Of a DNA stretch of 62,804 bases, positions 26,516-34,927 are shown in pieces. This DNA is from an uncultured Klebsiella sp. (GTDB lineage: Bacteria; Planctomycetota; Phycisphaerae; Phycisphaerales; SM1A02). Both the position numbers and the translations under genes were made by a program. The notes beneath the pieces are model-generated. The model made no database searches and was not told the DNA's origin. It worked only from the letters and a program-made list of their open reading frames with translations. Each line of letters starts with the position of its first letter. Position 1 is the first letter of the stretch. The DNA is taken from assembly GCA_964393015.1 (NCBI GenBank), contig CAYMSD010000007.1:1-62804 (forward strand), given 5' to 3'.

Positions 26516-26896
26516 ATGGCCACCCCAACCGACTGCCGCGTTTCCGACACCCACGAGTGGTTCCGCGTGAACGGAACGACCGTCACCATGGGCATCACCC
26601 AGCACGCCGCCGATGCGCTCACCGACATCACCTATGTCGAGATGAAGCCCGTCGGGACCACCGTCGGGGCGGGCGGCTCGGTCGGCGAGGTCGAGAGCGT
26701 CAAGACGACGAGCGAGATCTACTCGACCGCCGCGGGCAAGATCATCGAGGTCAACGCCGACGCCGTGAAGGACCCGTCGCTCCTCAACAGCGACCCGTGC
26801 GGCAAGGGATGGCTCGTGAAGCTCGAGGTCGCCGATGCATCCGCGATCCTCGCGCTGCCGAACGGCGCCGACTACGACGCGCGGCAGGGCCACTGA
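26516..26896 (+). CDS. gcvH: Glycine cleavage system H protein
   Basis: GITQHAADALTDITYVEM...GEVESVKTTSEIYS...NSDPCGKGWL matches GcvH, including the lipoyl-Lys context ESVK. Confidence 0.9.
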   Translation: MATPTDCRVSDTHEWFRVNGTTVTMGITQHAADALTDITYVEMKPVGTTVGAGGSVGEVESVKTTSEIYSTAAGKIIEVNADAVKDPSLLNSDPCGKGWLVKLEVADASAILALPNGADYDARQGH

Positions 26897-26962
26897 GCGC
26901 GTCGCGACGGCGTGCCGATCGTCGCGCGCCGACCCGCGCCTATCCTCGAGACCCAGCGAACC

Positions 26963-27748
26963 ATGCAGGCCCAGACGCCGAGCATCCTCTGCCGCGGCGT
27001 GACGAAGTCCTATGACCTCGGCGCGCGCACCGTCGACGCGCTCCGCGGCGTCGATCTCGCCATCGAGGGCGCTGGCTTCTACGCGATCATGGGCGCATCG
27101 GGAAGCGGGAAGAGCACGCTGATGCATCTCATCGCGGGCCTCGACAGGCCCACGGCGGGCACGATCGAAGTGGCGGGCGTGCGCATCGACTCGCTCGGCG
27201 AGAAGGACCTCACGCTCTACCGCCGCCGCAGGATCGGCATCGTCTTCCAGCACTTCAACCTGCTGCCGTCGATGACCGCCCTCGACAATGTCATGCTGCC
27301 CGCGCTCCTCGACCGCATGGATCGACGCGCGGCCGAGCGGCGCGCGCGGGAGCTGCTCGACGAGCTCGGCGTCGGCGCGCGCGCGGACCACAGGCCCGAC
27401 GCCCTCTCGGGCGGCGAGCAGCAGCGCGTCGCCATCGCGCGGGCGCTCTTCTTCTCGCCCGGCGTGATCCTCGCGGACGAACCCACGGGAAACCTCGACA
27501 GCGCGGCGGGTGCGAAGCTCTTCGCGCTGCTCCGCTCGATCGCGGAGGGCCACAACACGCTCCTCCTCATGGTCACGCACGAGCCCGCGGCCGCCGCGAA
27601 CTGCCAGCGCGTCATCGTGCTGCGCGACGGACTCGTCGCGGGAAGCTTCGACACACGCACCACCGACGCCGCCACGCACGGAGAAGGAGCGCTCGATGCG
27701 GGGTCTCTGGCCCTTCGCGCGCAGGAGCTTGCTCGGGCGGCGCGGTAG
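26963..27748 (+). CDS. ABC transporter ATP-binding protein (LolD/MacB-type)
   Basis: [25 protein letters not shown] and ILADEPTGNLD are present. The start could be ATG 26963 or GTG 26912. The 3' end overlaps the next gene by 53 nt. Confidence 0.9.
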   Translation: MQAQTPSILCRGVTKSYDLGARTVDALRGVDLAIEGAGFYAIMGASGSGKSTLMHLIAGLDRPTAGTIEVAGVRIDSLGEKDLTLYRRRRIGIVFQHFNLLPSMTALDNVMLPALLDRMDRRAAERRARELLDELGVGARADHRPDALSGGEQQRVAIARALFFSPGVILADEPTGNLDSAAGAKLFALLRSIAEGHNTLLLMVTHEPAAAANCQRVIVLRDGLVAGSFDTRTTDAATHGEGALDAGSLALRAQELARAAR

Positions 27749-30278
27749 GACCGCGCTCCTCATCGCGGCGGTCGCCCTCGCGTCGAGCCTCGTGGTCGCC
27801 GTGACGAGCGGCATGCGCACCGCGCAGTCGAACCTCGAGGCCGCGATCGCGCGCGCGATGGGCGCGACCGATGTGCGCATCGTGCACCGCTATGCGCAGC
27901 CGTTCGACGCGTCGCTCCTCGACGAGGTGCGCGACTGGTCGGGCGTCGCGCGCGTCGCAGGCCGCCTCGGCGGCTCGATCACGCTTGCGAACGACGGCGC
28001 GCCCGACGACGCGGGCCGCCCCCGCCGCGCCACCGTGCAGGCGCGCGGCGTCGATCCGGGCGAGGACGCGTTCTTCCGCGAGGTCGAGATCGAGGAGGGC
28101 CGCCGCATCGCAGGGCCGCGCGAGATCGTCCTCGACCCGGCGAGCGCGCGCGCGCTGAAGGCCGAGGTGGGCGGCACGCTGCGCATCGTGCGCTTCGGGA
28201 AGCCGCTCGAGGTCGCCGTGGTCGGGATCTACAGGCGCCCCGTCCTCGGCGCCCTGCAGCGGCCGCTCGTGGAGATCGACCTTCCGACGCTCGCGGACGC
28301 CACGCGCCGCGAGGGCAAGCTCACCGCGATCGCGATCGCGCTCGACGAAGGCGTCGACCCGGAGGCCTTCGCAGCCGCGCGCGCGGACACGCTCGTCGAC
28401 CCGATGCTGTGCGAGCCCGCGGAGCGCGTGCGCACGGGCCTCGACAAGCAGGTCGCGGGAAGCGAGCTCTCCGTCCTGATCGCCACGGTGATCGCGTTCC
28501 TCTCCTGCGCGGCGATCGTCGCGACGGGCATGACGACGGCCGTCCTCGACGAGCTCCGCGAGATGGGCATCGCACGCGCGATCGGCGCCTCGCGCCGGCA
28601 GCTCTTCGGCGCGCAGCTCGTCGTCGGCGGCGCGATCGGCTCGATCGGCGGCCTCATCGGCATCCCGCTCGGACTTGCGCTCGTCTCGATCCTCGCCGCG
28701 ATCTACGCGGAGTACATCCCCGCCGGGCCCGCCTTCGAGCCGCGCGGAGCGCTTCTCGCGTTTGCGGGTGCGGCGCTGAGCGGCGTCCTCGGCGGGCTCT
28801 TCCCTGCGATCCGCGCGGCGCGCATCTCGCCGCTCGAGGCGATCGCGATCCGTGCGCGCCCGCCGCGCGCGGCGCTCGTGTGGCTCGCCGCGCTGGCGGG
28901 CCTCGCGGGCATCGGCGTGTGGGCGCTTGGGCTCATCCCCGAGTCGCGCGACACGCGCTTCTGGATCTATGTGCTGGCGACGCTCCCGATCCTCCACATC
29001 GCGTGGTTTCTCCTGAGCGTCCCGATCACGATCGTCGTCGGCCGCCTCGCGAGCCCCCCGCTCGAGCGCGCGCTCGGGCTTCCGCGCGGGCTCCTCTCCG
29101 CAAGCGTCGCGCGCATGCCGTGGCGCCTCGGCTGCACGGCGGGCGCGCTGATGGTCGCGGTGTCGATCCTCGTGAGCACGCGTTCGAACGGCGACGCCAT
29201 CATCCGCGACCTCCGCGAGCGCGTGCGCTTCGCGGACGGCTTCGTCTTCTCGACCTCGGGGCTCTCGCCCGAGGAGCAGTCGCGCATCGGCGGCCTCGAG
29301 GGCGTCGACGCCGCGCTCCCCATCGGCTACCTGCCGCTCAAGGTCGCGGGCGAGCAGGTGTTCGGCGTCGAAGGCCTCGGGCCGAGCAATGTGGTGTGCG
29401 TCGGCTTCGAGCCGAGGCCGTTCCTCGAGATGAACCGCCTCGACTGGATCGAGGGCTCGCCCGAGACCGCGATCCCCCGCCTCGAGCAGGGCGACGCGAT
29501 CCTCGTCGCCCCCGAGTTCCTCGTCGCGCGCGGGCTCGGCGTCGGCTCGACGCTCCGGCTCGGCTCGGGGAAGCACGAGGCGGACTTCGAGATCGTCGGC
29601 GTGGTGACGGCCGCGGGACTCGACATCGCCACGCAGACCTTCGGCATGCGGCAGATCTACATGGAGCAGGCCGTGAGCTGCGTCTTCATGAGCTTCGACG
29701 CGGTGGCCGAGCACTTCGACACCCGCGAGGCGTACATCATGCAGCTGAAGCTCGCGGAAGGCCTCGACGAAGACGGCGAGGAGGCGCTCGGGCGCGCGGT
29801 GGCGGACGCCGTCCCCGGCGCGGTCTTCTCGAGCGGCCGCGCCATCCGCGGCTTCGTCGACGAGATCGGCGGAACGATCCTCGCCGTCACGGGAACGGTC
29901 GCGCTCGCGGCGCTCGCCCTCGCGGCGATCGGCGTGGGCAGCGTGGTGGCGGCGGGAATCTCGGCGCGGACGCGCGAGTTCGGCGTCCTCCGCTCGATCG
30001 GCGGATCGACGCGGGTGCTCGTCACGCTTGTCCTCGGCGAGACCGTCGTCCTCGCGCTCGCGTCGCTCGTGTCGGGAACCGCGCTCGGGCTCCAGCTCGC
30101 ATGGATGGGCGTGGCGCTCTACCGCGACTTCGCGGGGCTGCGTCTCGCGTGGGTCGTGCCGTACGGGCCGCTCGCGGTCGGCGCGGCGATCGTCGTGGCC
30201 GTGGCGCTTCTGGCGGCCACGCCCGCTGTCCTGCGCCTCGCGCGCAAGCCCGCGCGCGCGCTGCTTGCCTCTGGCTGA
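27696..30278 (+). CDS. FtsX/MacB-type ABC permease with duplicated FtsX domains
   Basis: The 860-aa product starts at an ATG preceded by GGAGAAGGAG. It has an N-terminal TM plus a periplasmic domain, repeated twice, with FtsX-like helices (ELREMGIARAIGASRRQL and REFGVLRSIGGSTRVL). Confidence 0.85.
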   Translation: MRGLWPFARRSLLGRRGRTALLIAAVALASSLVVAVTSGMRTAQSNLEAAIARAMGATDVRIVHRYAQPFDASLLDEVRDWSGVARVAGRLGGSITLANDGAPDDAGRPRRATVQARGVDPGEDAFFREVEIEEGRRIAGPREIVLDPASARALKAEVGGTLRIVRFGKPLEVAVVGIYRRPVLGALQRPLVEIDLPTLADATRREGKLTAIAIALDEGVDPEAFAAARADTLVDPMLCEPAERVRTGLDKQVAGSELSVLIATVIAFLSCAAIVATGMTTAVLDELREMGIARAIGASRRQLFGAQLVVGGAIGSIGGLIGIPLGLALVSILAAIYAEYIPAGPAFEPRGALLAFAGAALSGVLGGLFPAIRAARISPLEAIAIRARPPRAALVWLAALAGLAGIGVWALGLIPESRDTRFWIYVLATLPILHIAWFLLSVPITIVVGRLASPPLERALGLPRGLLSASVARMPWRLGCTAGALMVAVSILVSTRSNGDAIIRDLRERVRFADGFVFSTSGLSPEEQSRIGGLEGVDAALPIGYLPLKVAGEQVFGVEGLGPSNVVCVGFEPRPFLEMNRLDWIEGSPETAIPRLEQGDAILVAPEFLVARGLGVGSTLRLGSGKHEADFEIVGVVTAAGLDIATQTFGMRQIYMEQAVSCVFMSFDAVAEHFDTREAYIMQLKLAEGLDEDGEEALGRAVADAVPGAVFSSGRAIRGFVDEIGGTILAVTGTVALAALALAAIGVGSVVAAGISARTREFGVLRSIGGSTRVLVTLVLGETVVLALASLVSGTALGLQLAWMGVALYRDFAGLRLAWVVPYGPLAVGAAIVVAVALLAATPAVLRLARKPARALLASG

Positions 30279-30301
30279 ACGCATACGCTCCCGTCCCAGC
30301 G

Positions 30302-32431
30302 ATGCACGACAACGCGTTCATCATCCAGAGCCCGTTCCAGCCGATGGGCGACCAGCCGCAGGCGATCGAGGAACTCGTGGAGTCGATCGGCTCAGGCCGC
30401 CGCCACCAGGTGCTCCTCGGCGCGACCGGCACGGGCAAGACCTTCACGATGGCGAATGTGATCGCGCGCATGAACCGCCCGACGCTTCTCGTCTCGCACA
30501 ACAAGACGCTTGCGGCGCAGCTCTACGAGGAGATGAAGGAGCTCTTCCCGAAGAACGCGGTGAGCTACTTCGTCAGCTACTACGACTACTACCAGCCCGA
30601 GGCATACATCCCGCAGCGCGACATCTACATCGAGAAGGATGCGTCGCGCAACGCCGACCTCGACCGCCTGCGGCTCGCGGCGACGAGCCAGCTCCTCTCG
30701 CGGCGCGACACGATCGTGGTCGCGAGCGTCTCGTGCCTCTACGGCCTCGGCAGCCCGAGCGAGTACCGCAACAAGACGATCTTCATCGAGCGCGGCATGA
30801 AGCTCGACCGCCGCGCGTTCCTGCTCGGCCTCTCGGCGATGCAGTACTCGCGCAACGAAGTGGCGCCTGCGCGCGGCAACTTCCGCGTGCGGGGCGATTT
30901 GCTGGAGGTCTACCCCGCGTACGAGCAGTACGCGATCCGCATCGACCTCTTCGGCGACGAGGTCGACACGATCCAGCTCTTCGACCCGACGAGCGGCGAA
31001 CTCCTCGCCGACGAAGAGAAGACCTTCATCTTCCCCGCCGTCCACTATGTGATGCCCGACGAGCAGAAGCAGGTGGCGATCGCGTCGATCCGCGCCGAGC
31101 TCGACGCGCGCGTCGCAGAGCTGCGCGGCGAAGGCAAGCTGCTCGAGGCGCAGCGCCTGCTTGCGCGCACGAAGCACGACCTCGAGCTGCTCGAGGAGAC
31201 GGGCTTCTGCAACGGCATCGAGAACTACTCGCGGCATTTCGACGGGCGTCCGTCGGGGGCGCGCGCGTGGACGCTCCTCGACTACTTCCGCCAGGCGCCC
31301 GGCGGCGCGAGCGAGGACGACTGGCTCGTCATCATCGACGAGAGCCATGTCACGATCCCGCAGATCCGCGGCATGTACTTCGGCGACCGCGCGCGCAAGC
31401 AGACGCTCGTCGACCATGGGTTCCGCCTGCCGAGCGCGCTCGACAACAGGCCCCTCAAGTTCGAGGAGTTCGTCGAGCTCGTGCCGCAGGTCATCCATGT
31501 GAGCGCGACGCCGGGGCCGTGGGAGCTCGACCAGGCGCAGGGCGTGGTCGCAGAGCAGGTGATCCGCCCGACGGGCCTCGTCGACCCGCCGATCGAGGTC
31601 CGCCCCGCGCGCACGCAGGTGCCAGACCTCCTCAGGGAGGCGCGCATCCGCGCCGAGAAGGGCGAGCGCACGCTCGTCACGGCGCTCACGAAGCGGCTGT
31701 GCGAGGACCTCACCGCGTACCTCCACAAGGAGGGAATGCGCGTCCGCTACCTGCACAGCGAGATCGAGACGCTCGAGCGGCTCGAGCTTTTGCGCGACCT
31801 CCGCGAGGGCGCGTTCGATGTCCTCGTCGGCGTCAACCTCCTGCGCGAAGGCCTCGATCTCCCCGAGGTCTCGCTCGTCTGCATCCTCGACGCAGACAAG
31901 CAGGGCTTCCTGCGCAGCCAGTCGAGCCTGATCCAGACGATGGGCCGCGCCGCGCGCAACGCGAACTCGATGGCGCTTCTCTACGCCGACGAAGTCACCG
32001 AGGAGATGCAGAAGGCGATGGACGAGGTCGAGCGCCGCCGCCGCAAGCAGCTTGCGTACAACGCAGAGCACGGCATCGTGCCGAAGACGATCGAGAAGGC
32101 GATCCGCCGCGGCATCGAGCTCGAGCTCGCCGCGCACCGCACGGCGCGCCGCGCGGCGGGTGCGAGCGACGAGGCCGACGACGAGAACACGCTCGACCGC
32201 GAGGAACTCCTCGGCCAGATGCAGGCCGAGATGATGGAGGCCGCCGAGCGCCTCGAGTTCGAGAAGGCCGCGCGCCTGCGCGACGAGATCAACAAGCTGA
32301 AGTCGCTGCCCGTCGACGCGCGCGCACGCGGCGCGTCGAAGGGCTCGGGCGGGCGCGACTCAGGCGAACGCCAGCCCTCGAAGGCGGGAATGCCCGGCAC
32401 CCGCGCGGGCCGCGGCCGCAAGCGGCGGTAG
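30302..32431 (+). CDS. uvrB: Excinuclease ABC subunit B
   Basis: The N-terminus reads FQPMGDQPQAIEEL...GATGTGKTFTMANVI...YYDYYQPEAY. Helicase motifs are present and the C-terminal UVR domain reads EFEKAARLRDEI. Confidence 0.97.
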   Translation: MHDNAFIIQSPFQPMGDQPQAIEELVESIGSGRRHQVLLGATGTGKTFTMANVIARMNRPTLLVSHNKTLAAQLYEEMKELFPKNAVSYFVSYYDYYQPEAYIPQRDIYIEKDASRNADLDRLRLAATSQLLSRRDTIVVASVSCLYGLGSPSEYRNKTIFIERGMKLDRRAFLLGLSAMQYSRNEVAPARGNFRVRGDLLEVYPAYEQYAIRIDLFGDEVDTIQLFDPTSGELLADEEKTFIFPAVHYVMPDEQKQVAIASIRAELDARVAELRGEGKLLEAQRLLARTKHDLELLEETGFCNGIENYSRHFDGRPSGARAWTLLDYFRQAPGGASEDDWLVIIDESHVTIPQIRGMYFGDRARKQTLVDHGFRLPSALDNRPLKFEEFVELVPQVIHVSATPGPWELDQAQGVVAEQVIRPTGLVDPPIEVRPARTQVPDLLREARIRAEKGERTLVTALTKRLCEDLTAYLHKEGMRVRYLHSEIETLERLELLRDLREGAFDVLVGVNLLREGLDLPEVSLVCILDADKQGFLRSQSSLIQTMGRAARNANSMALLYADEVTEEMQKAMDEVERRRRKQLAYNAEHGIVPKTIEKAIRRGIELELAAHRTARRAAGASDEADDENTLDREELLGQMQAEMMEAAERLEFEKAARLRDEINKLKSLPVDARARGASKGSGGRDSGERQPSKAGMPGTRAGRGRKRR

Positions 32432-32437
32432 CGCGGT

Positions 32438-32767
32438 TCAATCCCCGAAGAAGATGTCCATCGCGAAGAGCATCGCGAGTCGCAGAAGGAAGCCGCCGAC
32501 CACGAACACGCCGCCGATCAGGAACGCGCGCTTCATGTCGACGCCGTACCTGATGAACAGCACGCAGCTGATGCCGGCGCCTGCGACGGCCTTCCCGACG
32601 AGGAACGCCCACTCGCCGAGCTCGGAGATGAAGCTGAAGCCGATCGCGATCGAGACCACCGCGCCGACGAGCGCGAAGACCAGCGCGTGCATGAACTCGA
32701 TCTCGTCGTCGCCGAGCCACTTCACGAGACCGAGCAGGATGAGCGCGTCGAGGACGATGTCGCACAT
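32438..32767 (-). CDS. Small hypothetical membrane protein (about 3 TM)
   Basis: The 109-aa product starts at ATG 32767, preceded by AAGGAG. It is hydrophobic, and the local GC is lower than the surroundings. Confidence 0.55.
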   Translation of the reverse strand: MCDIVLDALILLGLVKWLGDDEIEFMHALVFALVGAVVSIAIGFSFISELGEWAFLVGKAVAGAGISCVLFIRYGVDMKRAFLIGGVFVVGGFLLRLAMLFAMDIFFGD

Positions 32768-32898
32768 GCGGGAGCTCCTTTGCACGCCGGAGTGGGCCGG
32801 ATCGAGGTGAGCGCGAAGGGCCATGACGAAGAGACCCTCGAGACTCGGGGAGACTACCACACGATGCGGCCCGCACTGCGTCTACAATCGCAGTCCTC

Positions 32899-33702
32899 AT
32901 GCACAAGACCACGATCACGCGCCTCCGCGCACTCCTCCTCCCCTGCCTCGCGCTTCTTGCGCTCGTCGGCTGCGCGACGAGGCCTGCGTCGAAGCCCGAT
33001 GCGACGGCACAGCCCCAGCGCCGCGTCGCGATCGTCCTCACCAACCACGGCCAGCTCGGCGACACGGGCAAGCCGACGGGCTTCTACCTCTCGGAGGCGA
33101 CGCACCCCTACGAGGTCTTCCACAAGGCAGGCTACGAGGTCGACTTCCTCTCGCCGAAGGGCGGCGAGGCGCCGATGGACGGCGTCGACCGCGGCGATCC
33201 CGTCAACGCGGCGTTCCTCGACGACGAGGCGTTGGTCGCCCGCACGAAGTCGACGACCTCGATCGCAAGGGCGATGTCGGTTCCCTACGACGCGGTCTTC
33301 TTCTCGGGCGGCCACGGCACGATGTGGGACTTCCCCGACGACGCGGGCGTGCAGCAACTCATCCGCACCGTCTACGAGCGCGGCGGCGTCGTCGCGGCCG
33401 TGTGCCACGGGCCTGCGGCGCTGGTGAACGCGCGCCTCTCGAGCGGGAAGTTCCTCGTCGCCGACAAGGAGGTGTCGGCGTTCACGGACGAGGAGGAGGT
33501 CGCCGTCAAGCTCGAGACGGTCGTCCCCTTCGCGCTCGAGTCGAAGTTGCGCGCGCGCGGCGCGCGATTCGTCGAGGCACCGAACTTCGAGAAGAAGGTC
33601 GCCGTCTCGGAACGCCTCGTGACGGGGCAGAACCCCGCCTCCGCGACGGGTGTCGCGGAAGCCGTGGTCGAGCTGCTCGAAGGCCGGCGGAACGGATCCT
33701 GA
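32899..33702 (+). CDS. Exported (lipobox) DJ-1/PfpI / class I glutamine amidotransferase-like protein
   Basis: The lipoprotein signal is LLALVGC. The nucleophile-elbow context is GGVVAAVCHGPAAL, and FFSGGHG is present. Confidence 0.85.
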   Translation: MHKTTITRLRALLLPCLALLALVGCATRPASKPDATAQPQRRVAIVLTNHGQLGDTGKPTGFYLSEATHPYEVFHKAGYEVDFLSPKGGEAPMDGVDRGDPVNAAFLDDEALVARTKSTTSIARAMSVPYDAVFFSGGHGTMWDFPDDAGVQQLIRTVYERGGVVAAVCHGPAALVNARLSSGKFLVADKEVSAFTDEEEVAVKLETVVPFALESKLRARGARFVEAPNFEKKVAVSERLVTGQNPASATGVAEAVVELLEGRRNGS

Positions 33703-33849
33703 GCATCACGCGCGGCGGCTGCGTCGCGACCTCCGGTGCACGGGTCTCGATCGATCGCGACGGCTCAAAGGCACGCCACGCGCCCCTTTCGAAGGAGGCG
33801 CGTGGCGCGTAGGGTCGATGCCCGGAGAGGACCGAAGGCCTGCCGTCGG

Positions 33850-34221
33850 TCAGCGGGCCAGTTCCTCCGAGAGGTGGCTCGACATGCGGGCGTTCATCCC
33901 CCGCTGGTCGTGCCCGCGGCGGAACGGACGCTCGAGCGAGCGGGCGAGTGCTCGCCGCAACCGCGAGGCGGCCGCGTCGATGGCTTCGTAGTAGGTCTCC
34001 GCACGCTCCTCGATGCGCAGCGCGGGACGATGCGCCCGCGTGAGCAGGATCGCACAGCTCTTGTCGAGCCCGCCGCGCGGACCGTTCACATCCACGAGGC
34101 GGACATCGACATGGCCCGCCGCGTCCGCGATGCGGTCGATCACGCTGCCGATGCGGTCGAGGACATAGCCGAGCTCCGCGTCGCTGGTCTTGATGCTGCC
34201 ATCGAACAACCGGATATCCAT
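33850..34221 (-). CDS. HPF/RaiA (S30AE) family-like ribosome-associated protein, divergent
   Basis: Starts at ATG 34221. The layout matches the S30AE pattern, including ETYYEAIDAAASRLRRAL (compare DLYAAID..xL in the hpf at 41932). Confidence 0.55.
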   Translation of the reverse strand: MDIRLFDGSIKTSDAELGYVLDRIGSVIDRIADAAGHVDVRLVDVNGPRGGLDKSCAILLTRAHRPALRIEERAETYYEAIDAAASRLRRALARSLERPFRRGHDQRGMNARMSSHLSEELAR

Positions 34222-34927
34222 GGAACACACCCCTTTCTGGCTTGTCGGGTCTGGCATCTGAGGACGCGCCCCAAGCGCGCCTGCATCTCGGATGCAGCCC
34301 TTTACGGACAGGTGCGGCGCGGGTTCATGAAGCACGCCCGCACCGCCTGCTGAAAGGTCGCATCCGAGAGGGGCGCGTGTTGGGAAACGGCGCGGCGTGC
34401 GTTCAGCGCGGGAGAGCGCCGACCGCACAGGCAGCACCAAAGGAGCGGACGACCCGCATGGCGGTGTTCTCGGAGCCCGGGACGGGATTGCTCGACGCGG
34501 CGAGGCCGCTCAGGCCCGGAACGAAGACGCGCGCCGTTCAAGCGCGCGCCACTCGTCTGGACCCGGGATGCTCTTGCCGGCATTCATGCTCGGCATCACG
34601 ATCGACGCCTGTGCGGTCGACGCCGCAGGCACCCCCGCATCGACCTGCTTGTCGGACGCCCCCCTGCTACAGAGGTCCTCCGACGGGGCGGGGGCCGCGG
34701 CCTGACTCTGGGGAACGCTCAGCGTGTGTGGAGACATTCGGAGGAATTCCTACCTCCAGATTTCGGCGATGTCGCTGCTTCGGACGCACAATCCACACAA
34801 AATCCCCTTTCAACCCGCGCCAAACCTGCCGAACCCCGCCCACGCGACCGGCTTCCGGGTCGCGACGCCCGGCCCGGGGCCGCCGACGGGGCCGGCCCTC
34901 TCCCGAGGCCCTATCATCGCCGCCCCC

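Noticed and set aside
26225-27880. The upstream 552 codons of the 844-aa ORF at 25346-27880.
   Set aside because: This part is antisense to gcvH and the LolD-like ATPase gene and has low-complexity composition. Only the C-terminal TIM-barrel-like part was kept.
34510-34737. A 75-aa minus-strand ORF in the uvrA upstream gap.
   Set aside because: Third-position GC is mediocre in the codons I checked. The nearest GGAGG is about 17 nt from the ATG. I recognise no motif. It is left as part of the unexplained intergenic finding.
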